Positions 1-11,300 of a stretch of 51,436 nt of DNA are shown in pieces. The stretch is taken from positions 1 through 51,436 of the forward strand of contig JAHBMJ010000368.1 of assembly GCA_018398765.1 (NCBI GenBank), read 5' to 3'. Made by a program: the position numbers and the translations under genes. The notes beneath the pieces were generated by a model that was not told the DNA's origin, did no database searches, and worked only from the letters and a program-made list of their open reading frames with translations. Position 1 is the first letter of the stretch, and every line of letters begins with the position of its first letter. The DNA comes from Chromera velia. Lineage: Eukaryota.

Positions 1-3000
1 TGCACTGACATTCGGTTGTTCAAACGTCGAATCGCCTCATCGTGGATCTCAGGCCATGAGCTGCCGGGGAGCTGACGCTCGAGGAGGAGAGAGCGGACGG
101 AGGCAAGCACCTCTCTCTGCCATCGTTCGGATAAGGAGTTACCGTCCTTGTAGCCGGAGGGCGCGAATGAGAGACGGAAGCCCCGACGCTTGGAGAGCTC
201 AATGAGGGGGGCGTTTGCAAACTCAGACCCCTGGTCGCATCGGATCTCCTCTGGGACCCCAAAACGAGGGAACCATACGTTTTCAAGGAAAGCGACAGTC
301 TCGTGGCTGTTGGGGTGAGCAGCAAAGCGAGGGGCAAGGCCATAAGGGAGGAAATCCTCCAGCACCGTGAGTTGATGAGTCGGACCACAGTCAGATGCCC
401 CCAAATACAGGCTGTCGAGGTGCAGCCGCGCCCTCACGTATGCCCCCTTGGTGAAGGAGACACCGGGGATGGAGAAACCAACCGGGCCCTTCACCTACGG
501 ACACTCAGGGCAAGAAGAGAGAATACGAGCGACACACGCTCGAATGGTAGTGAGCGGGAGTTCGAAAGAGAAATGAAAGAGAAGTTGAGCCATCACTTCC
601 TTCACGCCCGCATGCGCACACTCGCAATGAACCCCGTGAACCAAATCCCAAAAATCAGAAGCAGTAAAAATCTTGACTGTGCCTGTCTGTTTGAGTTGAA
701 TCGTAAACGTGAGTTGAGAAAACTCGAACTCAGAGAGAGAAGGTTCAGATTCATCGACAGAGAGAGATTCAGAAGGGGGAGAATCGCAGTCGTCAGAAAA
801 AGAAATAGAAAGAGAAGGGACATCACCGCCAGTGGTTGCTTTCACAGAATCCTGCGCTGTAGTGGACGCCCCGCCTGTGAGCCCGCCTGGACGTGCTGGC
901 TCCTTCAATCCCTCAACTCCCTCCCCAGAGGGGACAGACACCTCCTCCAGAGACACAGACATGCACACGCCCTCAGGCGTCTCTCCCCCAGACACACAAA
1001 CACGCACTCCCTCAGGTGCCTCTCCCGTAGACACAGGAACCCCGACACCTGCAATGCCCTCTGGAGGAGAGTGTAGAGCAGGGGTGGTAGTGGGAGAAGT
1101 GGTCGTGCACAGGGCAAAAGGAAGAGGATGGAAGGGGGCAGAGTTATCGATCTCGTCCTCCGACTCATTAGGATCATCCTCTAGGGGGGGACGCTCGTCG
1201 TCAGACTCATCTGAGCCCACCAACGAAGGTGGGGAATCGTCATCTTGGATGAGAGGGAGGCCGTAATACTCCCCGAGGTCGATCCATGTCAAGGTGACAT
1301 CAGGCCTAGAGGGCGATGGGATTACCATGACATTATCTTAGTAATCCATCTTCACAGAGAGCCGTTGGGCAAGGGCTTTCGAGAAGAGGAAAGGGATCGA
1401 AGACTGTGGAAGGATGAGGAAGGTAATGGACTCAAGGCGGTCACCGAAGATAACGTCATCGAGCGTAACAGAGTGGGTGGCGTAGACGACGGCTCCGGAA
1501 GCCTCAGAAGAGTCGTTGCGACCAGCAGTCCGTACAGGGACTGGGGTATCGAGTACTTTCACGGTGTAAGTGATAGAGGTGGAGACCTTTTCGAGATAGA
1601 GCTCACCGACGGCCTCGACAGTTGCCCCATCGTCCTTACCAAAATGAGGGCTGTGTACCAAATCGGGGGAGATGACGGCAGCAGAGGTAAAAGAGACGGT
1701 CGCACAGTGAACGTTGGCGGCTTTCTTGGAGGCACGGAGCTTGGAGGGACACATGGCATCAAGGTGCCCCTGCTTACCACAACCGCAAACGTGAGCGATC
1801 GCTGGGCAAGTAGAGCGATCAGCATGAGGTGAGGCACCGCAAGCGATGCACTTCACATGCTTCCTCCATGGGTGAGCGACCCCACAGTAGATGCACTTGG
1901 GGTGGTTGGGCTCGGGAGTAGAAGATGACCTGGAGGGAGGTGCACTCGAGAACCAGATCGTGGCAGAGGGAGTCGGTGTTCCAAGCTGTTGTTCATAGCG
2001 GCGCAGGCAGTCACGAAGGCCCATGGGGGTATAATCCTGCAGGTGTGCGAGGACGTACCGATGAGCGCCTCCTTCAGCGGGAAGTGACTCCAGGAGGATG
2101 CTGTACTCGAAGGGGACAAAGGGCTCAGACCCAAACACCATCGCTGGAACGAGTCGACGGAGACGGCCAAAGACTTTTGCTGCTCGGGCAAAGTAGGTGT
2201 CGACAGATTCACTGGCGAGAGGACAAAGTGCCTTGATGGCACGCCAGCGTTTCCGGACACGGGACTCGTACGGACCGAGGTAGAGGCTGTCAAGGGTGTC
2301 AAGCAGCCACGAAGGGTCGTAGATCTGGTCAGCCTGCACAGTGCGAGAACGGAGGACCTCTCGCACCCCTGAAGAGACCTTCTGACGAATGATGCCAGAT
2401 AGGTCTTGGGGACCGAGTGCATGGGGACCATCCAACGAGCGGACTTCATCCACCACCTCGTGGAAGCTCTCTTTCCACAGTTCCACGTCCTCCTGGGGGG
2501 TGCCCGAAAAAATCGCCAACTGGTCAATCGCCTTTTTCGCCAACTCACTCCGGCGGGTCACAACTTGAACAGAGTGACCAGGGGAAGGAGCGGGGAAAGG
2601 CTGCCAGGGTGGCTGCTGCTGTGCAGGCGGCACAGGAGGAGAAGGAGACGGAACGTTCTGCCAGAGAGGCCAATAATGGTGTACGGACTGCGGCACAGGA
2701 GTCGCGTACGGGCCTGCAGAAGGGAAGAAGCCTGAGGCAGGAGGGACAGGAGTCACCTGTGGAGGAGCAAATCCGGGAAAACCTGGACCAGGAGTTCCGA
2801 TGGGGTAGTAGGCGGCCTGGTGCCCCGTCGGCAGAGCCGAGTGGGGGTACGGAGGAGCGAGAAGAGGTGCAGGGGGACCATCACCTGAGGACGCCTCAGC
2901 CACCGGGTGTGGAGGGTCGGACACCGGAGGCACAGGAGGAGGTGGATCACCCTGCCCAGCCTGACCAGAGGCACCAGAGACATCAGGTGGAGACACTTCG

Positions 3001-3131
3001 ATGTGCTCCTCGACTCCAACCGCTGGCAGAGCGTGATCTGCTGCATTAGGAGGAGACAAAGCAGAAGCAAGCTCAGAGCCAGGTGCGGGAGGACCGGACA
3101 GAGATCGTTCAATCACTGGAGTTTGCTCCAT
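1..3131 (-). pseudogene. gag-pol polyprotein (Gag, Zn knuckle, degenerate aspartic protease, acidic spacer, integrase) with two in-frame stops
   Basis: ATG at 3131 (MEQTPVIERS). ORFs 1338..3206 and 495..1328 and the unlisted stretch 1..494 share one frame, broken only by TAA (1338-1340) and TAG (495-497). Gag: VELWKESF...; knuckles CIACGASPHADRSTC and CGCGKQGHLDAMC. Protease-like tail: FLILPQSSIPFLFSKALAQRLSVKMDY*DNVMVI. HHCC: HCECAHAG-x31-CPEC. My translation of 494..1 gives RLHLDSL...WFPRFGVPEEIRCDQGSEF...GNSLSERWQR, with exactly 35 residues between the second D and the E. Confidence 0.88.
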
Positions 3132-3223
3132 TGCAGAAGCTAAGGAGAAGGCAAACGGACAAGAAGAAAGCCGTTCGACCCGGGAAAAGAAAGGACGCTT
3201 TCTCAAAGAATCAGAGGAAGAAA

Positions 3224-3239
3224 GCGGGAGCCGGCACCA
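3224..3239 (-). promoter_or_regulatory. Putative primer-binding site (TGGTGCCGGCTCCCGC)
   Basis: Starts with TGG (complement of tRNA CCA), 5 nt inside the LTR's CA end. The same motif with one substitution is in copy 2 at ~5139-5154. The priming tRNA was not identified. Confidence 0.6.
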
Positions 3240-3244
3240 CGAGA

Positions 3245-3718
3245 TGTTTGCTAGACTATAAGAACGAATATCTAGCTACACACGAAGACAGAAATAAAGA
3301 CTCACGATGAAATCGATCCGTAGGTCCTTATTCCAGAGAAAGTCGTAACTGAGTGGCCAGCAGAGAGCCACTCCCAGAGGAAAAAACGTTCAATTCTAGC
3401 AATCGATCAAGACGAAACAATGAGAAATTTTGTGAGTCAAAAATGCATGCGAGAGGAGACGCCTGACGGAGTCCCTGCGTGCGAGAACCCCGGAAAGCCC
3501 CAAACGAGAAGTGAAAGAGTTCCAGGGATGGCAATCACTTGCATAAACAATCGGGACTCAGCGTGCGTCACTCAATGTGCAATCACTGACAGGAGAGGCG
3601 AGCCGGGATCAGTCAAAGAGAGAGAAGCGCATGGAAAGATGAATATCATGCGTGAAGCGAGCCGAAACAATGATGGCGCGCGCAGTATTTAAGGATCCGG
3701 ATGGGGACTTACGCGCTT
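3245..3718 (-). repeat. 5' LTR of copy 1, truncated at the assembly N
   Basis: Near-identical to 5160-5632 and shares the same TGTT terminus on the plus strand. Confidence 0.75.
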
Positions 3719-3934
3719 NAGTCTGAGACAATTTATGGTTTTGAAAAAATATATACTCTATATATACATTTTTTTATTTCATTTTTTAAACATCTTACTA
3801 AGCTTAAATAGTCTTAAATAAATTATGAAAATCAATTAGTTTAAAGGTTAAACTATCTATTTTAATGTTTTAAAAACTAAATTTTTCAAAGTCACTTTCC
3901 AGTACAAAAGTTTCAATTGTCAGTACAGTCAGTT

Positions 3935-5746
3935 GTGCACTCGAAAACCAGATCATGGCAGAGGGAGTCGGTGTTCCAAGCTGTTGTTCATAGCGGCGCA
4001 GGCAGTCACGAAGGCCCATGGGGGTATAATCCTGCAGGTGTGCGAGGACATACCGATGAGCGCCTCCTTCAGCGGGAAGTGACTCCAGGACAAAGACTTT
4101 GGCTGCTCAGGCAAAGTAGGTGTCGACAGATTCACTGGCGAGAGGATAAAGTGTCTTGATGGCACGCTAGCGTTTCTGGACACGGGACTCGTACGGACCG
4201 AGGTAGAGGCTGTCAAGGGTATCAATCAGCCACGAAGGGTCGTAGATCTGGTCAGCCTGCACAGTGCGAGAACGGAGGACCTCTCGCACCCCTGAAGAGA
4301 CCTTCTGACGGATGATGCCAGATAGGTCTTAGGGACCGAGTGCATGGGGACTATCCAACGAGCGGACTTCATCCACCACCTCGTGGAAGCTCTCTTTCCA
4401 CAGTTCCACGTCCTCCTGGGGGGTGCCCAAAAAAATCGCCTTTAAAGTTTTTCGCCAACTCACTCCGGTGGGTCACAACTTAAACAGAGTGACCGGGGGA
4501 AGGAGCGGGGAAAGGCTGCCAGGGTGGCTGCTGCTGCGCAGGTGGCACAGGAAGAGAAGGAGATGGAACGTTCTACTAGAGAGGCCAATAATGGTGTACA
4601 GACTGCGGCACAGGAGTCACGTACGGGCCTGCAGAAGGGAAGAAGCCTGAGGTAGGAGGGACAGGAGTCACCTGTGGAGGAGCAAATCCGGGAAAACCTG
4701 GATCAGGAGTTCCGATGGGGTAGTAGGCGGCCTGGTGCCCCGTCGGCAAAGCCGAGTGGGGGTACGGAGGAGCGGGAAGAGGTGTAGGGGGACCATCACC
4801 TGAGGACGCCTCAGCCACCGGGTGTGGAGGGTCAGACACCGAAGGCACAGGAGGAGGTAGATCACCCTGCCCAGCCTGACCAGAGGCACCAGAAACATCA
4901 GGTGGAGACACTTCGATGTGCTCCTCGACTCTAACCGCTGGCAGAGCGTGATCTGCTGCATTAGGAGGAGACAAAGCAGAAGGGAGCTCAGAGCCAGGTG
5001 CGGGAGGACCGAACAGAGATCGTTCAATCACTGGAGTTTGCTCCATTGCAGAAGCTAAGGAGAAAGCAAATGGACAAGAAGAAAGCCGTTCGACCCGGGA
5101 AAAGAAAGGACGCTTTCTCAAAAAATCAGAGGAAGAAAGCGGGAACCGGCACCACGAGATGTTTACTAGACTATAAGAACGAATATCTAGCTACACACGA
5201 AGACAGAAATAAAGACTCACGATGAAATCGATCCGTAGGTCCTTATTCCAGAGAAAGTCGTTACTGAGTGGCAAGCAAAGAGCCACTCCCAGAGGAAAAA
5301 ACGTTCAATTCTAGCAATCGATCAAGACGAAACAATGAGAAATTTTATGAGTCAAAATGCATGCGAGAGGAGACGCTTGACGGAGTCCCTGCGTGCGAGA
5401 ACCCCGGAAAGCCCCAAACGAGAAGTGAAAGAGTTCCAGGGATGACAATCACTTGCATAAACAATCGGAACCTAGCGTGCGTCACTCAACGTGCAATCAC
5501 TGACAGGAGAGGCGAGCCAGGATCAGTCAAAGAGAGAGAAGCGCATGGAAAGATGAATATCATACGTGAAGCGAGTCGAAACAATGATGGCGCGCGCAGT
5601 ATTTAAGGATCCGGATGGGGACTGACGCGCTTAAAAATCAATTTGCTCGGCATGCGCCCCTTATTAAATGGAAAGAGAGAAAAGAAGTGCGCATCGACAA
5701 GCAAAAAAACAGGAGCAGCATGCTTCTGGAACCTTACGCTTTAACA
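3935..5746 (-). mobile_element. LTR retrotransposon copy 2 (5' LTR plus truncated, mutated gag)
   Basis: Collinear with 1940-3718. It has a premature TAG at 4576, a ~70 bp deletion at ~4090, a rearrangement between AATCGCC direct repeats at ~4440, and many transitions. Confidence 0.9.
5160..5746 (-). repeat. Complete 5' LTR (~587 bp)
   Basis: Inverted termini TGTTTA...TTAACA give canonical TG...CA ends. It sits next to the PBS, and AT-rich flanking sequence begins right after 5746. Confidence 0.75.
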
Positions 5747-6019
5747 TTATTTGACACTTTCAAAATCAATATATGCCCCGCACTGCATAGAAAAGCTTAT
5801 AAAGGATTTTTTTTACAGTTTTTTTTTTTTAATATAACATAAACATAACCTAGAGCATAACTATAAGCATCGTAAGCTAGCAGTCTGAGGGCTGCATGCA
5901 TGGTGAATGTTGTTAGTGCCGAATCTTGACATTTACCTAGGGTAAGTGCAACACGGTTTGGCTTGGGGGGTGGAAAAAGAAAAAAATGGTGGTAAAATTT
6001 GCAAAGAAAAGGAAATATG

Positions 6020-6450
6020 TGCCCTGTATTTGATTTGATTTGATTTGAAGTAGGGCTTAACCTCAAATCAAATCTTGGGCATGAGAAACTTTAGCATAAT
6101 AGGGCCTATCAAATCCTATCAAATCTACTTCAAATCTGATCTACGTTCGAGGTGACTCTCTAGGATGACTCTAAGATAAAAACTTATGTAAGCTCTTAGC
6201 TTTAACAATAGCTCATTAATTTTAAGGGTCTTAATTTAGCTTTTAGTCTAGTTTTTAGTGATTTTCTTGTCTCTAGGGCTTTCTAGGATTTGCTAGTAGT
6301 ATCGACTGTGTCATGTCGTCTTCAGTGCTGTCGAGACTAGTATCGAGAGTGACCTCTAGACTTCAACCTCAAATCTGTACCTCAAATGTGGTCAGATTTG
6401 AGCTTGAAGCTCAAATCAAATCAAATCCTATCAAATCAAATCTGATCACT
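6020..6450. repeat. Clustered ATCAAATC/GATTTGA short repeats in both orientations; possible subterminal repeats of a decayed DNA transposon
   Basis: Clusters at ~6028-6047, 6063-6074, 6108-6136 and 6411-6441, some preceded by TAGGG. Confidence 0.4.
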
Positions 6451-8352
6451 ATTGACTAAATATAATCGAATGTGAGTTGATAACCAGTATGACACTAATA
6501 ATTTTTGAAGCGAGATGCTGCGAGAAGGTGGGGAGGTTTGTGGTAGTGATTTTTAACTTCAGCAAGGTGGAGAGCTCTTTTACAGTAATGGAGTAGCAAC
6601 TTGGCACTGACTTGGAGACACGCCTAGAGACACGCTTTTAAATTTACTAACGCAGGAGTGGCCAGTTTTTTTGCACAAAGTAGCACACAGTTTTGAAGCT
6701 AGGAGGTGGTACAACAGCTTGCAAAGGCCTTCAAAAAGAATGTGTTCAACTGGGTTGTACTACCTCAATCTGAAGGCCAGCAATATATTGTAGTGGCGTA
6801 AAGCTTCAGAGCGCTTCAGAGGTAAAGCGTGCAGCGTGAGAGAACTGCGTGCATCATTATTTCAGTACCCCGCCTGTGTACACAAGATTTTCGCTTTATG
6901 AGGCATGCAATGAGTCATTTTCCGGGGCCATCAGTCTGTCCGTCGATTGATCACCGCGGTCCATTCGATATGATCTCTTCGTTGTCCAAGCAACTGAAGC
7001 GTGGTTTGCTTTGGACACTATCGATTCTAAAAATTCGAGTGGATCCGATTGCGCGGTTTGAAGTAGATAGAAAGTCTGCTCTTTATCTTCGCATCTAGAA
7101 TTCATCTTGATTGATCGATCGATTTCTCGGATGCTTCGAAGATCTTCATGTTCTTGTGGGCATCTCCCGGATTGATATTCTTCATTTCTGTTCGTAAGTC
7201 CAACTATGTTCAGTTGACTTCTCTCTTTCTTCTTCGAATAAGTTTAGGTGCATCATCTAGATCATCCTAAACTTATCGAGTGGAGGTGGTAGAAGAGAAA
7301 ATCAAATCCGTGACGGGCCAATGGCCATACTGACGTGTCCTGGACTGCCTGGCGGCACCAGGACAACTCGGGTCCGATGCGACGCGGGCCCTTCTTACAG
7401 ATGTTTGAGTGCCGGGGTCTTGGTCCTCACGCGGTATGACTGCCTTGCAGATGAATTGGCTCTGGGACATGGATGTTGTCTTGTAGCTGCTATCCTGTAG
7501 CTTGAGTTCGTTCTGTCGCATAAATTCAGTCTGTTTGCATGTCACATTTGATTCTCTGTCAAGTGCGGGGATGAAAACGACTGTTCTGGAGAGAAATTGG
7601 ATTAGAGGGAATAAGATACGGATTAGGTTAATCGAGGTATCTTAACGATCTTTACTTGAAACCTTCTGAACCTTCTGGAGTCAATCAATTTAGGACAGAG
7701 TCTTTCTGCTGCCATCTAGCTTAGCCTCTTGAATGTCATGACTAGCTCATGACAGACGGACCACTGACGGTGATATTAACTGGGGGCTCCTAGGGGGGCT
7801 CTTCAGGACGATTAACCATGCATCTCATAGGAAAAGTACAAGGCCCGGGTAACAAGGGGGGGCAACAATTAACTAGGATAACAAAAAAAAAAAAATGAAA
7901 TAAAATGAAATAACAATTTCACTGTAATTTCATAAATTTTCACATAATGTTATATGTATAACCATCAGTTCGATATTAAATTAAGTTTGAAAATAAAACT
8001 TTTGCAATAAACTTTAAAATTGGTAAAGTTTACAGGTTTTTGAATGCAATTTCGTTTTATTTTAGAGTTTTTAAATTACTCAAACTAGTGTCCTGAAATA
8101 CTCAAATTATTGCAAAGTCGTCTCTTTTCTCACTTCGGTATACTAGCTCCATCCCTCATTTCCCCTAGCACACTTGTATCTGTCCTCAAGCATCTCCCCT
8201 CCTTGTTGACTAGCTTGTTGACATGTTGGGTGCACAAAAGGTTCGGCATGTCTCTTGCATCCCATACCTCAACCCGAAGCCCAGTTTCAGTGCCCTCCCC
8301 ACCCCCTTCTCTCTCTTCTCACTCCCTTTCCAGACCCCTTCCGATCGACCCA

Positions 8353-11300
8353 TCACACTGCGGCTTTCCCCATCAACTGCGCCGCATCTGCAGCTAGAGC
8401 GTTGACTTTCTCGCACACCCTCTGGATCTGGCAGTCCCAACTGACGAGCTCTTGGCCCTCTGCAAACACATAGTGATGTACTCAACAAATAAGCAGGGAG
8501 ATAAATACAAAAGGATCATTCACAGAATACGAAAAAGGAGGTGATGAATGCGCGAGCCGAAGAGGAAAGCTGGCATTACACTGCGACCTCTGTGTCATTG
8601 GTAGTGCAGTCGATCAACCTTCTTCGCATGTCCGTGCGCAGACCCACACAGTTTCTCTCCACTTCGACACAAATGAGAGGTAGGAGAGAAGAGTGAGACG
8701 CTGCCTTCCTGACCGACTGACTGACTGACCCATCTGCGCAAAGTGGATGATGCCAGCCTTCTGGTCAACGGATCCTTCCTGCATGCAGGATGAAGAGAGA
8801 GAGAGAAGAATGAAGTGCAGTCAGTGCATACAGTCATGAGGACTCACTCGTACGTGAAAGGCTTCATGTTCGTAGAAGGGAGCTTCGTGATGAATCGGGG
8901 TTGAAGTACGGAACAAGAGAAAAGAGACTGCGTCTGGCGGCGACACGATTTCCTATTGCGTTGTGTGTATCTCTCGTTTTCTCCCTCCCTGTCGGTCTCC
9001 TTCTCGACACCCACATGCATGCACACCATCGCTCCTTCAGAAAAGCCGAGGGGGGGAATTCCAGTCGATTGATTCATCTTTCCGTTGATTGGAGCAGGCG
9101 GGCTGCTCTCGATTTTTCAAATGAGTGGGTACTCTGCGAATTCTTGACGTCACTTTAAAGCAACCCTCGGCGGCAAGCGTCGTGCCACCTCTCAGACTGA
9201 AAAAAAAACACGAGGAAAAACAAAGACAGACAGATTAAGTGAACAGGCAAAGAAACGAAAAAAAGAAAGGAACGAAACAAAGAAAGGCATGGACGAATGC
9301 ATGAATGAACGAACAAAGGAAGGAAGGAAAGAGACGGGCGGACAGACAGGCCACCAACATGAATGTTTACTTTTTGTCCTCTTCTTTGCAACACATGAAG
9401 GCAGGCAGGAAAGCGGGCAGGAGGGGAGGAAGCCGCTCGGTGAGACGTACAGAGAGACAGAGAGACAGACCATTCGCGCTTCTCGAATCATCTTCGTCGC
9501 GATTTTCTCTGCCTGCAAGCGGGGGGGGGGGACACACGATCCTCTGAGTTCAGTTCACGGGCTCTCTTCAAAGAGCAGAAGAACAAAAGCGCGTAACAGC
9601 ATTGTAAGAGGCACACAGAGAAGGTATAACGGAAGCGGGACCTCAAACAGGAATGGAATGGGAATGCTTCCCTTGCTTGTCATGTCTCCTTTCTTTCTAA
9701 TGTTGCTCGTTCGACCGTCTGAATCTGGGTCCATTTTCTGTCTTCTTTCAAAAGTTCTCTGTTCTCTCAATCTTTTTTCTGTCCTTCTTCGCGTCCGTCC
9801 GTCCGCCGGTCTGTCCGAGAATCCTTCTTTCCTTCTGCTCCATTCTTTCGGTGCCTTCTGTCTTGTCTTTCCATTCCTTCTCACTCATTTAATCCCCCAT
9901 CTCTGTCTGCTTTTATCGTTGAGTCTGTCTGCAGGCTGCAGGGAGGAAAGACCTTCAGAGGCTCCACTCCGAGGAGAGCACCGAAGGACTCTAGGCGCAT
10001 GTTCTTGTACACACGTGAGGCTGCGAGCACGTCTGCAATTCAGGAGGGAGGCAAGAAAGGCAAGAAGAGGGCCCGTGTTTCATGGGCGGGGGGCAGAATC
10101 AGAAGCCACAGAGTGAGTGTGTACAGATGATGAGGAAATAGTTGGATATGCAGAAAGACGGATACCCTCCATTTTGTTTTTCCTTTTGCCCCCATCCCCA
10201 TTTCACCTACACAGAAAGACTGACGGACAAATGAACAATGAATGAACACGCCAAAATAACGACGGGCTGCCTTTCACTGCATGTGTCGTTATTCTTTGTC
10301 TCAGAAAGGAACGCACAAAAACTCTTGCTTCATGACACCGTTCGCTCGCAAGAGACAAACCGGAATGAATCCGTCAGCTTCTTTCTTTAAGTTCTTTTCT
10401 AAAGGGCAGGCAAAACCGCCACTTGAGGTCAAAACGAAAATGCAAGCACCCAAATGGTCTGATGGAGCACGATGAACGAACAAAGATGCATTCAGGCAGA
10501 CACGCGAGACAACGTCAAGCCTGAAGGGAGAGGAGAAACAGATTTTTGTTTCTGCTGCTTTGGCAAGAGAGAGAGGAACAGAAGACTCAGAATGCATGAA
10601 GCTTAGAAAAAAAAAAAAAGAAAGGGAGACTTTGTGCTTTTCTCTTTCACCCTCCCCTTTCTTCCCCCAATTATTCGCTTGTCTTCCTTCCAGTTCAACT
10701 CACTGTGCTGCAACACCGCTCTCTCCAGATACGTCACCCCCTCCTTGTCCGTGGCCACCTGGTGTTCCTTCAGAGTCGCTGCATGCAACGCACGAGGGCA
10801 CAGCCCAGGCAAGAAGGGAAGCAGAAAGATCTGCCCCCCCCCCCCGGCCGGATGACGGAGACGGAGACGAAAGAAAAGAAAGAGAGGAGACAGCGGTACG
10901 GCAGACAGAGGACAAGAAGCACCGAGGAGCAAAGCGAGAGAGCAAGGAAGTGGATATCAATCAAGCACTTATTTGTTGCGCAGGACCAGAGGAATGACAA
11001 AAAACACAATGAAAGAATATTCCAGATTATCTGCGCTAAGCACTCCCCCAAGAAAAAAATCTGACCACAGTCTTCAAACGGTCTTCACAACTGTCATGAA
11101 GAATAAACCTACTGACTGACTGACTGACTGACAGGAGAAGGCCTGCAGATCTGCAGGTGTAACGATTCTCTGGAGGTACATTTTCTTCACCATCTCAAAC
11201 GCAGGCACAGAGCGGATCCGGTCTTCCTGCAGGCAGGCACGGGGCAACGTTGGTGCATCGACTCTCTCGACAATGGCCTCCATCCATCGCCAGGAGACGC

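Larger units (their letters stand above)
1..3718 (-). mobile_element. LTR retrotransposon copy 1 (5' LTR, PBS, gag-protease-integrase); runs off the left window edge
   Basis: Gag with Zn knuckles, a retropepsin-like segment, an HHCC domain and a DD35E integrase lie in one frame. A TGG-starting PBS lies next to the LTR end at 3245. The LTR is cut at the N at 3719. Confidence 0.9.

Noticed and set aside
303..3310. Long plus-strand ORFs (303..1076, 1245..1832, 2417..3049)
   Set aside because: Antisense shadows of the GC-rich gag-pol frame with no recognisable motifs.
6829..7545. Short ORFs 6829..7098, 6896..7105 and 7273..7545
   Set aside because: No recognisable domain or consistent splice structure. 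They may be degraded repeat.
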